Shown here: positions 30,801 to 39,374 of the stretch, piece by piece
Numbering within the stretch: the stretch's first letter is position 1
Layout: the number at the start of each line of letters is the position of its first letter
The notes under the pieces: model-generated
What the model was told of the DNA's origin: nothing
Database searches by the model: none
What the model saw: only the letters and a program-made list of their open reading frames with translations
Made by a program: the position numbers and the translations under genes
IMG/VR virus record: IMGVR_UViG_3300017758_000001
Source: an uncultured virus (IMG/VR IMGVR_UViG_3300017758_000001)
Taxonomy: Duplodnaviria; Heunggongvirae; Uroviricota; Caudoviricetes
DNA: 64,000 nt
Strand: one strand, 5' to 3'

Positions 30801-32597
30801 ATTATTACTTTCCCATTTTGCATTGTTTTGTTCAGACATTTTTAAATCATATGGTGGAAACCACATAACTCTACCTCCATTATTACCTCTTTCACAAAAA
30901 GGTAGGTCCGTATAAGTGAAACCTGGTAGACTCGAAGTTTTCCAAGCCAAGTTTTCGATGGAGAACATATATTTTTTAGCGTAGTAACCATCACCACCCT
31001 TAACCATATTAGATGACCCTTCAAAACTCCCCTGACCATTTGACATTGGACCATAATTAAGATTCCATGGTGTTGTCATTACACTATCGTCAAACTTTCT
31101 TACATTTCCAGTTCTCTTCATTGTGTCTGACATGTTCATGTATGGATTATCTTTTGTCCACACTCTACAGTATTCAACACCCGTTTCACCCCCGAATTGG
31201 TCAACATATTTTATCGCCGAACCTCTTGAAATCATTTTATCACCTTCTCTGAAAACTCTACTTGTTTGGTCTATTGCGTTTGCAACATGTGATCTTGCAG
31301 CACCACCGTCAGACGGCATACTGTTTAGTAATTCTTGAGTTTTACCTAATATTGAATCTGATCTGAAACCATATGAAGTGGATAAACTTTGTTCGAGTTG
31401 TGATCTTTCGGTATTATATTCTTCGTTATTTTCACCTAACTTATTCTGTGAGTTAGGACTATACCATGTTAAATTACCACCTATAGGTCCACCTTCGACT
31501 ACACTTCTTTTAATTCTGAAGAGTTCTGCCTGTTGTGGATCAAACATAAGTGATAAATAATAACTACTTCTAACAACATTGTCGTTGAAGTCACTCATTG
31601 CATATTTTACATCTTCCCCTCTATCATCTCCAATATATGCTAACCCTTTTGGTGCACCTGTTCCTAAAACATCATTAATCGCATCACCAATCTTATTTAC
31701 GAAATTGAATAGTTTAGATGATTGTTGTGATCTTGCCGTTTTAGTGTAGTTTGGTGCGTACGTTGAATATCTTAAATTGTCAAATAAAACCGCCTTTTGT
31801 CCACCACCCATATATTCAATCATAAGATCAGATGGTTTTCTACTTAATTTTGGTCTTCTTTGTATACCAATTAGAGAACCTAACACTCCCGTCACGTCCT
31901 GAATAATTGCACCTAAACCTGTTTGTGCTTCGGGTCTATTATTTATTGGATTTCTTGGATTGGTTAAATAATCACCTGGTATCTCACTAAAAGGAAATTC
32001 AATACCCGCAACCGTTTGTATAAAATCTATTGCCTTACCCGCCAAAGTTTTGGCAACGGTAATCTTGTTATTCTTTTCTATGAGATCTTCCCTTCCTGTT
32101 ACAAGGTTTATTGCTGTCGCTAAATTACCTTCTAACGCATCTATTAATCTAACTCTCCCATATGTTGCAGCAACCAAATTTTGTGTAATTCTTGCCAAAA
32201 CAGGACCTTGGGAGTTCTCTCTAATGTTTCGAGCTGCGAATTGCATAAGTCTCGACTCATTATCATAATTGTTTGTTGCCATGATACCAACCAAACTATA
32301 ATCGGAATTATTAAAATAGGGATATAATCCGTCGTTGGTTAGTCTTGGTATGTCTCTTAATTGATTTACCTCATCGAATACGTTTGTAGTAAATGTATTT
32401 CTTGTTGAAGGTGTTTGTAGGTATGTTGTTAGATTAGTGTCTACCTCACCAGGATCTGTGTTTGCAAGATCACTAAGTGTTTCTACAGAATAAGAGGAAT
32501 TAGTAAATGTTTGAGGACCATTTGGTTGTTGTAATGTCCTCGCCAATATACTATCTCTAAACTGAGAAGTAGAATCAAAATCTAAATTAGTTGGCAT
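27894..32597 (-). CDS. Baseplate/tail-tube initiator protein with inserted OmpA-like domain
   Basis: FLGRPEPIYTYQNTERSGQVSF and PPICVIRIGDFY...WDLNPEGIGVQPM are tube-initiator-like halves; central YNVKLSLRRS is the OmpA-C motif. Confidence 0.65.
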   Translation of the reverse strand: MPTNLDFDSTSQFRDSILARTLQQPNGPQTFTNSSYSVETLSDLANTDPGEVDTNLTTYLQTPSTRNTFTTNVFDEVNQLRDIPRLTNDGLYPYFNNSDYSLVGIMATNNYDNESRLMQFAARNIRENSQGPVLARITQNLVAATYGRVRLIDALEGNLATAINLVTGREDLIEKNNKITVAKTLAGKAIDFIQTVAGIEFPFSEIPGDYLTNPRNPINNRPEAQTGLGAIIQDVTGVLGSLIGIQRRPKLSRKPSDLMIEYMGGGQKAVLFDNLRYSTYAPNYTKTARSQQSSKLFNFVNKIGDAINDVLGTGAPKGLAYIGDDRGEDVKYAMSDFNDNVVRSSYYLSLMFDPQQAELFRIKRSVVEGGPIGGNLTWYSPNSQNKLGENNEEYNTERSQLEQSLSTSYGFRSDSILGKTQELLNSMPSDGGAARSHVANAIDQTSRVFREGDKMISRGSAIKYVDQFGGETGVEYCRVWTKDNPYMNMSDTMKRTGNVRKFDDSVMTTPWNLNYGPMSNGQGSFEGSSNMVKGGDGYYAKKYMFSIENLAWKTSSLPGFTYTDLPFCERGNNGGRVMWFPPYDLKMSEQNNAKWESNNFLGRPEPIYTYQNTERSGQVSFKVIVDHPSILNLMVSKVFKDMSDEESDNYINAFFAGCEEIDFYSLIRTYTTLTNDDVQSIKDYLEAGTDKETIKKLKVDTEDAEDIEPIDQEPIAQDPEEQEITLFFPNDIPRIEGSQLKGKPYNQVYSQYNTLYGGGTGQYMTDLETGLTLLGQGSPTAAKKNDKKVIYGNEEIVIDQSKIQLVKDKMTTAFSKLDQNYSAYSDKISELKTRIENGEIKEIKLSATSSTSSIAGDDYNVKLSLRRSHSIIRDIVKGISKNSKEITWTSQVPADGVAEVDVSNEYTFKELGFDVEGKISYLFTSVGENEQVNANEFGGGDTNVDCHSDEIRSNTRLKKTAPVTFYCRQSTVKFEVQPIDVVPDPIDPDQQPKFVVTSEDVEVPGVKKPPINEMKKIIMKTLSECYYFKMLEEDSPVTFKSLKDKLKYFHPAFHSMTPEGLNARLNFLLQCVRPGDTIPIKGLNSDLDLRARNTSFGPPPICVIRIGDFYHSKVVIRDVNITYDDSTWDLNPEGIGVQPMLANVTLQVNFIGGQGLSKPVERLQNALSSNFFANTEMYDPRSVSTSNIDGKSTEEFTKDFLEELQSIGATTGNAPSAEDIEPSDTVVAGTYIGVNSGTNITYTDIVTDVFSKTDEYFQKYVTSYDNVLVSYGPQVHSLLFSPNYRTINTYIVNSSNVGTRTINLFGEYDRVKSLDSYVTQLKVKMVSAIETSDVTTMLSFDRFLSEDKIVKSNDILRPKLRELVEDKLDSIFSNNALKELTESRNNLTPILDKLNYMTKYYSDGKFPKDNTPTPKQAELVGFTFTSLYEEYDHCIDYFDKNSDRFVSKLDDTINFNSLNVDITVLSEILSVLLIEKKQEIIDIYKNDGILYPQNILNKIERKVKRFFDETKEEKVRTSRFKGRKSDDPLTYEIQSEQDITDPTQIEDLEKVHSKRVGLGSTLNDYKP

Positions 32598-32659
32598 ATA
32601 ACTTTGTTTATAAGATAAATAGATTTAAAACGAAAATATATACTAATTAGTAATTAAAA

Positions 32660-34432
32660 CTACCGTCTGTATGTGGTCTTTAGTAAATCCCTATCATCCA
32701 TATTCAGTACTTTGTCAAAATCTTTGGACAATTTGTTTACTGCATTGTTTGAAGCACTGTGAGTTACGGTAACATTTCCTGTAACATTACTATTTGTACT
32801 TGTTTGTGTGATGTTGGTATTTTGATTACCTACTGCATTTTTAATTTCGTCAATCATAAATTTACCCGCACCTTTTATTCCCTCTGCAACATAGTCTGTG
32901 GCATCATCACTTTTACCACTCAGGAACGAACCCACGTCTTTAAAGTCCATCCCAACGAATTCTTTTAATACCGTATCAGATACGTCCGCTACCTGTAGTC
33001 TCGCAAGTGATATCATATATCTTAAATCCCTCGATATGTTTTCAACTGTCGTTGCTTGTTGTCTAACAATATCTGATTCAGACATTTCCGTAAACTCGTC
33101 TTGATATTCTTTAAGTCTTGCCGCTTGTACGTTGTTTAATTCGGATAATTTCACGGTAGACGCACCAAACTGTTTTTGTAATTCAGGTGTTAATAATTCG
33201 ATTTGCATCTCACCATCCTTCATTCTTGAAAGGTTAGTAAGGAATTCTTTGTTGTCGTCACTAATATTTAAACCATCTAATGCGAGTGCCGCCTGTGCTC
33301 TTTCTTGTGCCGCAATTGCGGAATTTGTTACTTCTTTAATGTCGATACCAAATTGTTTTGCAATATCACGTGCCATCCTTAGGTTAGTACCTGTAACCTC
33401 AAAATTCCCCGTTTCTTGATTGTAGACCGCTAAGTTTTGTGATACTCCCGCTAACGCTTGTTGTAACCCTTCTACCTCGTTAGTTGCCATATACATTAGT
33501 TTTAATGGATCGTTAAAATCACCAAATGCGGCACCTAATACTTGTAAGTTTGCCGCCAAATCTAATGCCCCTTCAGGTTCAAATACTTTATCTGCAACGG
33601 TAAATGTACTCTCAAGACTGAATCTCAATCTTGTGGCTGTTCTTACCATTTCCGCCAAACCATCTTGTCCGTCCTTAAATCCATATTCATTCAATTTAGA
33701 TATGTTGTCTATCATACCTTCAATTGTTTGTCTTGATTGGAGACCCAATTCTAATGATCTCTTACCCGCGTCCGCTATTGACTCCTGTGCTTCCGATGCA
33801 CCAATACCAACCTTTTCAAAATCTGCATACGCTGAAGTTACATCTGACATGTTCATTCCATACGCAACCGCAATTTCACCCGCTCGTGTTAACATTTCTG
33901 TCCCTACGAGTGCAAATCTCCCTGTACTTTCTACAAGTTCTCCCGCAGCATCACTAATTTCTTTGAATGTAAGACCTAACCTTTCTAAATCAGGTTGTCC
34001 CTCTCGTATTGAGTCTCTAAAGTCTTTCGATAATTGTCCTGTTAAACCAACACCCGCATTTAACTCTCCAAGTAGAAAACTTGATTGTTTTGCGTATTCT
34101 TCCATACTATTAGTTGCAACCGCACCAATAGTCTTCGCTAAGTTTGTTATAATTGAATTATCTTGATTGTTTGGATCACTCTTTACTTGGTTGTATGCAC
34201 TTAATACTGAACCTAAATCATTTTGTTGTTCAGGTGCTCCCGATTGTTCTAGTGAACCTCTTAATAATCGACTAAATAGATCTTTCCCACCGTCAACAAT
34301 TGATGTTCCTCCACCTTTGTTTTTCCCTTTAGAATCTTTTTGAAGTTGTGCAATAGCCCTATCATACTCTCTTTGACTAATTTCGTCATTTTTGAATTGA
34401 TCATATAATCTTTCTACTGCCTTTGGGTCCAT
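32660..34432 (-). CDS. Tape measure protein
   Basis: 590 aa, helical, A/L/E/Q-rich; lies after tube and chaperone and before the baseplate genes. Confidence 0.7.
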   Translation of the reverse strand: MDPKAVERLYDQFKNDEISQREYDRAIAQLQKDSKGKNKGGGTSIVDGGKDLFSRLLRGSLEQSGAPEQQNDLGSVLSAYNQVKSDPNNQDNSIITNLAKTIGAVATNSMEEYAKQSSFLLGELNAGVGLTGQLSKDFRDSIREGQPDLERLGLTFKEISDAAGELVESTGRFALVGTEMLTRAGEIAVAYGMNMSDVTSAYADFEKVGIGASEAQESIADAGKRSLELGLQSRQTIEGMIDNISKLNEYGFKDGQDGLAEMVRTATRLRFSLESTFTVADKVFEPEGALDLAANLQVLGAAFGDFNDPLKLMYMATNEVEGLQQALAGVSQNLAVYNQETGNFEVTGTNLRMARDIAKQFGIDIKEVTNSAIAAQERAQAALALDGLNISDDNKEFLTNLSRMKDGEMQIELLTPELQKQFGASTVKLSELNNVQAARLKEYQDEFTEMSESDIVRQQATTVENISRDLRYMISLARLQVADVSDTVLKEFVGMDFKDVGSFLSGKSDDATDYVAEGIKGAGKFMIDEIKNAVGNQNTNITQTSTNSNVTGNVTVTHSASNNAVNKLSKDFDKVLNMDDRDLLKTTYRR

Positions 34433-34444
34433 ATTGATAAATAC

Positions 34445-34600
34445 TTAGTCGTTCTTTTTCTCGGCTTCTACAAGTCGTTCGACGTAGTATTTTCTTAAAT
34501 AAATGGGCATCTCGAGTAAATCTCTGTGTGTAAACCCTCTTTTCACCAAAAACAGATGTTCTAAAAACTGATTCTGCCTATATTCCGTAGAAAGGGCGAA
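34445..34600 (-). CDS. Tail assembly chaperone C-terminal extension (lambda gpT / T4 gp51-like), reached by frameshift; absent from ORF track
   Basis: The +1 frame reads FALSTEYRQNQFLEHLFLVKRGFTHRDLLEMPIYLRKYYVERLVEAEKKND*. It overlaps the end of the chaperone ORF and has no ATG before its 30th codon. Confidence 0.75.
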   Translation of the reverse strand, partial: FALSTEYRQNQFLEHLFLVKRGFTHRDLLEMPIYLRKYYVERLVEAEKKND

Positions 34601-35336
34601 AAAACTCCACCCCAAAGTCGATAGTAAACCTGACTTTTTCTCCTGACGGGGCGTTAACTTCGTGTCTTAGATCGACACCTGGTTTGATTTTATTGTAGTA
34701 TTTTCTAAAATTTTGTGAATCTAATATTGGTAACCTATCTATAAAGTTTCTTGTATTCATCGGGTCTTTGTTCCCTTCTACCGATTGAATTAACTTTTCT
34801 AATCTTTTAGTTACGATAGGTGCTGTACCTATTCCATTCCAACTCTTCTCAATTTCGGAAAGTTCGTCTTCTTCTTTTTTAGTCAAAAACTTAAAGGTTA
34901 TATTGATTTTTGACTTCTCCATGTAATGTGGATATTCACCATTCTCGTCTGGTTGGATGTCGAACTCTTTATAGGTTAACTCCGATAGATCAACTGAATG
35001 GTCAAAACTTTCATTTGTCTGTGGGTCCTTTAATTTCAATTTAAGTTCTGACCCAAATGCAGTATTTCTTAAAAATATAAGAATTGCCTGTTGATCTTCA
35101 AGAACTAAATCAGACACATCAACATCTTTAGTGAGGACCTTTCTTCTTAAAAGTTCTTCTATCACTTTACCTGATGCAACTAAATTCGCTGCAGATAGAA
35201 TATTTTCGTCCGCCGCGGTTAGGTACGCCACTTTTACTGATTTTAACCCACTAGTGTAATATATACCTCTACTTGGTAGTTCAACAACGTCGTACGCTAT
35301 CGTTGGGTCTATTCCTACATTACTTTTATTATCCAT
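34578..35336 (-). CDS. Tail assembly chaperone / baseplate hub assembly protein (T4 gp26-like)
   Basis: VELPSRGIYY, LTAADENIL, D..AILIFLRNTAFG, C-terminal FGVEFF; lies between tube and tape measure genes. Confidence 0.8.
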   Translation of the reverse strand: MDNKSNVGIDPTIAYDVVELPSRGIYYTSGLKSVKVAYLTAADENILSAANLVASGKVIEELLRRKVLTKDVDVSDLVLEDQQAILIFLRNTAFGSELKLKLKDPQTNESFDHSVDLSELTYKEFDIQPDENGEYPHYMEKSKINITFKFLTKKEEDELSEIEKSWNGIGTAPIVTKRLEKLIQSVEGNKDPMNTRNFIDRLPILDSQNFRKYYNKIKPGVDLRHEVNAPSGEKVRFTIDFGVEFFRPFYGI

Positions 35337-35354
35337 ATTATCTTAATCTATTAA

Positions 35355-35383
35355 AATGTAACTAATAAATAACTAAAAGTAAA
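35355..35383 (-). promoter_or_regulatory. Host-sigma-type promoter of chaperone gene
   Basis: Minus strand TTTACT-N17-TACATT. Confidence 0.55.
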
Positions 35384-35393
35384 GTTTTTGCAC

Positions 35394-35421
35394 AAAAAAA
35401 GGGAAATGTTTAAATTTCCCT
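35394..35421 (-). terminator. Intrinsic terminator after tail tube gene
   Basis: AGGGAAAT-GTTTAA-ATTTCCCT stem followed by a U-tract on the minus strand. Confidence 0.75.
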
Positions 35422-35456
35422 CTTTCTTATCGTTTAGACAGATATTATTAATGTTA

Positions 35457-35945
35457 TTAATATACTTGGATACATCTATCCATTCTCAGAGAACATGTGA
35501 TAGTTGCCAATGCGTCATTGTTGTAATCTAATTCATTGAAGTTTAAGTCAGTAATGAATGTTCCTTGTAATATCCATTTCTCAACTACTACTCCCGTAGG
35601 ATCCAACATTTCTAATTCAATGTCTTTCTTATACCCCGCAGCGTAACCCATTCTACCTGTTACGGACTCTGCGTGTAATCTGAACCATTCCATCAATGCT
35701 TGTGATGCTGAAGGTCCAATTGGGTCTTTAAATGTGACTCTTAATTCATTCCATACGAATCTACCTGCAACATAAGTTGAAGTGTTCAGGAATGGAATCT
35801 CAGTCGAGTTGATTTTTGCACTTGGTCTTGCTGCCGAAGTAACAAACCATTCGTTAATACCTAATGAAGAGGGAAACCTAACGATAAATCGGTTAACTCT
35901 TTTTGGTTCATAAGGAACGGGCATTTTCATTAATAAATCCGCCAT
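35457..35945 (-). CDS. Tail tube protein (T4 gp19-like)
   Basis: EPKRVNRF, YVAGRFVWNEL, LMEWF, YKKDIELEMLDPTG..VEKWIL; adjacent to the sheath gene. Confidence 0.9.
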   Translation of the reverse strand: MADLLMKMPVPYEPKRVNRFIVRFPSSLGINEWFVTSAARPSAKINSTEIPFLNTSTYVAGRFVWNELRVTFKDPIGPSASQALMEWFRLHAESVTGRMGYAAGYKKDIELEMLDPTGVVVEKWILQGTFITDLNFNELDYNNDALATITCSLRMDRCIQVY

Positions 35946-36034
35946 ATCTGTATCTTTAAATTAAATTTCTTTTATTATCTTTATTATAAATATATCTCTT
36001 CTCGAAATATTTTTTGTTTTGTGTTCAAATTGAC

Positions 36035-36063
36035 TTGACTTTGTCAAATTTATTCCTTATTTT
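36035..36063 (+). promoter_or_regulatory. Plus-strand (antisense to tail operon) host-sigma-type promoter
   Basis: TTGACT(36035-40)-N17-TATTTT(36058-63); same -35 hexamer and spacing as the ssb promoter. Confidence 0.55.
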
Positions 36064-36069
36064 TTCATT

Positions 36070-36207
36070 ACCCAGTAAATACTAGTATAGATTAATAACT
36101 AATATTTAGATAATAATTAAAACTAGTAATAATAACCAGTATACTGGGTGTCATCTCAATTTTTACTTTAGGTAGGGGAGAGTCGTTAGACTCTCCCTTT
36201 CCTTTTT
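36070..36207 (+). ncRNA. Candidate ~140-nt small RNA (or origin-priming transcript) between tube and sheath genes
   Basis: Bounded by a + promoter and a + terminator; nested inverted repeats 36070-36149; no ORF. Confidence 0.5.
36170..36207 (+). terminator. Intrinsic terminator oriented on the plus strand
   Basis: GGGAGAGTC-GTTA-GACTCTCCC followed by TTTCCTTTTT on +; on the minus strand the hairpin is followed by A-rich sequence. Confidence 0.7.
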
Positions 36208-36215
36208 ATATATTA

Positions 36216-39038
36216 TTAGATATTCTCAAATGATGCTCCTGTTGGAGTAATTAAGAATTCTACATCAATAAATTCTAACGATCTTGTTGGTTTGATATAA
36301 ATCTTACCTCTAAGTGTATTAGCGTCTATGTCTTCAGGGTCGTTTGACACTACAACTCTAAATTCAAATAAACCTCTTTCTTTCTTAATTGACTCAAGAA
36401 TTGGGTTGACTAATCTTAAGAATTCATTTCTTACTTGTTCATCGTTTTGTTCAAATAACAATCTAACTGCGACAGCCGAGATTAGTTTTCTCGCTCTTAA
36501 CAACAATCTTCTTACGTTGATTCTGTCAAGTGCAGATTCTCTAACCTGTAAAGTTTTATTACCCCAAATTATAGTTCCCGTATCTGAGAAAGTTGCAATT
36601 GGGTTAATTCTTGCTTTATATAAGTCGTCTCTGTTATCTAATGTTAACTTTTTCTTCGCTTTGATTGCGTTTACTAAACCTCTTTGGTAACCTGCGACTG
36701 CGAACCAAGGGAACGAGACATTATCGGTCAATGCAATGTTTTTAACAACCTCACCTGTTGGTGGGATATATAACTGTGTTGCATTGTCCCCATCTCTAAC
36801 TTGTATCCATGGCCAATAAGTTGCCGTATAGTTAGTATCTAAATCTACTGTATCTAATTCATCAATGATTTGGTCAACGTCACTTGTATTTGGTGAGTTA
36901 GTGATATATATCGCATCTGCTCTATCACCTTCGATCATATCGATTGTTTGATTAGTTAAAGAACTATGTTCGTAAAAGTTAATACCTGGTGTTGTAAAGA
37001 TGTTAATATCTACTGCTTCAGGATTGGAGAATGTTTCAATTGCCGCTAAATATGCGTAGTAATCTGAATTCCCTACTGAAGAACTAAATACACCACCATT
37101 AGTTGTGTGTCCACTTACATAAGTGTTCTTACCAAAGATATATCCGTCTCCGTTAGTTCTTGTACCTCTATAGATATCCCATCCATCAAATCCACCACAA
37201 ACTGTGAATGCAAATTTTCTAAATGATTTACTTTCTAATTTACCTTTGTTAACACCTTCTAAATCATAAGGTGTTGTTTGATAACCAGTTATAGTTGATG
37301 CGTTAGACGATAAGTGGAAACCATGTGTGGATCCCGCCGCGGTATATCCTTTATATTTGAATAAGTCGGCATCTATTCCTGCTTGAGAAGATAAACCAAG
37401 AGTAACTTTACGTACCTTGTCTCCGTTTGTTAATTCAGGTTCACCTAAAGAACTAAATCCGATAGTGTCTCCCGCCTCAAAATACTCAGTTTTATAAATT
37501 ACATTTCCAATTTCGTTATTTCCTGCTCCAATAGAGTCAGAAACAAAACCTTTAAAACCTGCAGGAAACGCATCCACAGGATGATCCTCCGCTAAGTTTA
37601 ACATAATATATCTTGACCTTAATTCGTATTCTCCATCTGAAGTACCAATTTTTCTACCAATATAACCTGGTAGATCAGGATTCATTGAACATCTTGAGAA
37701 CTTTTCTAATACACTAACATTGTCATCAGTATCATTGAAGTCTCTAATGATTAAATCAAATTCTCCTGTATCAATATCGATATTTTGAATTTGTATTTTT
37801 AATTGACTGTTTGCTGCGTTTCCATCAGAAATACTAATCACACTAAATAAGTTAGAAACTGCACCACCTCGTACCTCTGATACGACTGTTGGGGATGCGG
37901 GAGTTTCCCACTGACCTAAGAAATCATTATTAACGTCATGATAAACCACAGTTGTATCTAAACCTCTAATTAACCCTTTAGATTTTAAAGTACTAATTAG
38001 ATTTGGGTAACTTTCATAAACATATACGGGGAAATCCTTTTTACTTTTGTCAAAAACTCCCGTACCTAAAACTTTATTAATATATTTTGTTGAAGAAGTG
38101 TTCAGATTACAATCAAATGATTTTGCTCCACTTGTTGTTCCACTCACTGATATTTTAAATTCCCCTAAAGGATCTGTAGTAATTTCAGTAGACGTTAGTG
38201 TAAATTCCGTGTTACCTGAAACTTCTAATTCTAATTCCTCACCATCATAACCACCTCTCGATCTGAAAGCCGCTGCGATAATTCCATCATAATCGGTATT
38301 AACTGTCGCGGACCATTCGAATTGTGTAATTTTCCAACCGAAGTCTGCAGCTACATACTCAAATAAATAAGAATAAACCCCATTTACCTCACCTAGACCA
38401 TCTAAGTTATAATATGTGTTATACCAATTGTTATTATTGTTTGATCCGATAGGACCCGTAACTTGTAAAGCACTGTTTAATGATGCGGTTGCTGAAGAAT
38501 CAACATGACCTAATGTACACCATACACCGTCTGCCACAGTAATACCTTCAATGAAAGCTTGTACTGATCCTCCGTCTGTTGCAATTTTACCTGTCAAGTC
38601 ATTAATGAATGCACTTGTAGAAATATCAGAGTCACCTTGTACTGATCCTGTTATTGCGTCTACCACTGATGTTGCTGCTGATAAATTTACCTTTACACCA
38701 CCTAATGTTTTTAGTGCGAATGTTTTTGTCGTTTTGTATCCCGTTTTACCTAAAACTCTTGTTACGAAAAGTTGATTTGATTCTTGCAAATAAGATTTTG
38801 CAACATATCCTAATTCATATTTAGGGTTACCATCTGAATACTTTGTCGGGGAGGTAGGTCCGAAATATGTTTTGAATTCATCAAAATTTCTTATTAGTAT
38901 AGGTTCAAAAGCGGGACCTTGTAATGTCTCACCCGCTAAACCCAAGGTGGTTACACCCACACTCTGAGCTACGAACGTTAAATCTTTCTCTGAGGTATAA
39001 ACACCTGGAGAAACGAATACTCTGTTTGAATTTGCCAT
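36216..39038 (-). CDS. Tail sheath protein (T4 gp18-like)
   Basis: SPGVYTSEKD, PWFAVAGYQRG, LYKARINPI, IWGNKT, RINVRRL, FEQND, IKPTRSLEFI. Confidence 0.95.
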   Translation of the reverse strand: MANSNRVFVSPGVYTSEKDLTFVAQSVGVTTLGLAGETLQGPAFEPILIRNFDEFKTYFGPTSPTKYSDGNPKYELGYVAKSYLQESNQLFVTRVLGKTGYKTTKTFALKTLGGVKVNLSAATSVVDAITGSVQGDSDISTSAFINDLTGKIATDGGSVQAFIEGITVADGVWCTLGHVDSSATASLNSALQVTGPIGSNNNNNWYNTYYNLDGLGEVNGVYSYLFEYVAADFGWKITQFEWSATVNTDYDGIIAAAFRSRGGYDGEELELEVSGNTEFTLTSTEITTDPLGEFKISVSGTTSGAKSFDCNLNTSSTKYINKVLGTGVFDKSKKDFPVYVYESYPNLISTLKSKGLIRGLDTTVVYHDVNNDFLGQWETPASPTVVSEVRGGAVSNLFSVISISDGNAANSQLKIQIQNIDIDTGEFDLIIRDFNDTDDNVSVLEKFSRCSMNPDLPGYIGRKIGTSDGEYELRSRYIMLNLAEDHPVDAFPAGFKGFVSDSIGAGNNEIGNVIYKTEYFEAGDTIGFSSLGEPELTNGDKVRKVTLGLSSQAGIDADLFKYKGYTAAGSTHGFHLSSNASTITGYQTTPYDLEGVNKGKLESKSFRKFAFTVCGGFDGWDIYRGTRTNGDGYIFGKNTYVSGHTTNGGVFSSSVGNSDYYAYLAAIETFSNPEAVDINIFTTPGINFYEHSSLTNQTIDMIEGDRADAIYITNSPNTSDVDQIIDELDTVDLDTNYTATYWPWIQVRDGDNATQLYIPPTGEVVKNIALTDNVSFPWFAVAGYQRGLVNAIKAKKKLTLDNRDDLYKARINPIATFSDTGTIIWGNKTLQVRESALDRINVRRLLLRARKLISAVAVRLLFEQNDEQVRNEFLRLVNPILESIKKERGLFEFRVVVSNDPEDIDANTLRGKIYIKPTRSLEFIDVEFLITPTGASFENI

Positions 39039-39159
39039 TGATTACTTTGTTATAAATTTTTTATTGTTCTTACTATAAATATCTTTGTTTTTATGAAAGA
39101 TTAGCCAAGTTTTCTATTTTGGGATATTTAAGGATATTTTTTTATCCATATTTATCTTT

Positions 39160-39318
39160 ATGAGTGTAAGAAAAACAAAAAACCTTAAAATAAGTGAACT
39201 ACACCACGCGAGACTTAAATCCTACTGTGACAAGAACGGATTAAAATTATATCGAGTGGTAGAAAAGTGGATTGACCAACATTGTAAAGAGAGAGGAAAA
39301 GGTCTTTACTCTGAATAA
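39160..39318 (+). CDS. 52-aa ribbon-helix-helix DNA-binding protein (absent from ORF track)
   Basis: MSVRKTKNLKISELHHARLKSYCDKNGLKLYRVVEKWIDQHCKERGKGLYSE*: alternating beta strand KNLKIS, helix, G turn, helix. TATTTAT lies 4 nt upstream. Confidence 0.7.
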   Translation: MSVRKTKNLKISELHHARLKSYCDKNGLKLYRVVEKWIDQHCKERGKGLYSE

Positions 39319-39374
39319 ACGTGCCAATTAAAATTGAACTGGGAAATCTGGATTTTAGGTCGTGAGACCCGAAG

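Noticed and set aside
9905..39038. Extracellular contractile injection system (Afp/PVC) or tailocin interpretation
   Set aside because: Neck/head-completion genes and a full replisome (PolB, helicase, SSB, RNR) are interleaved, so this is a phage.
39330..39374. GGTC-GTGA-GACC hairpin with nearby CTG and GAA suggesting a hammerhead ribozyme
   Set aside because: The core CUGANGA and GAAA are not matched and stems I and III are missing; at most a small GNRA hairpin between convergent genes.
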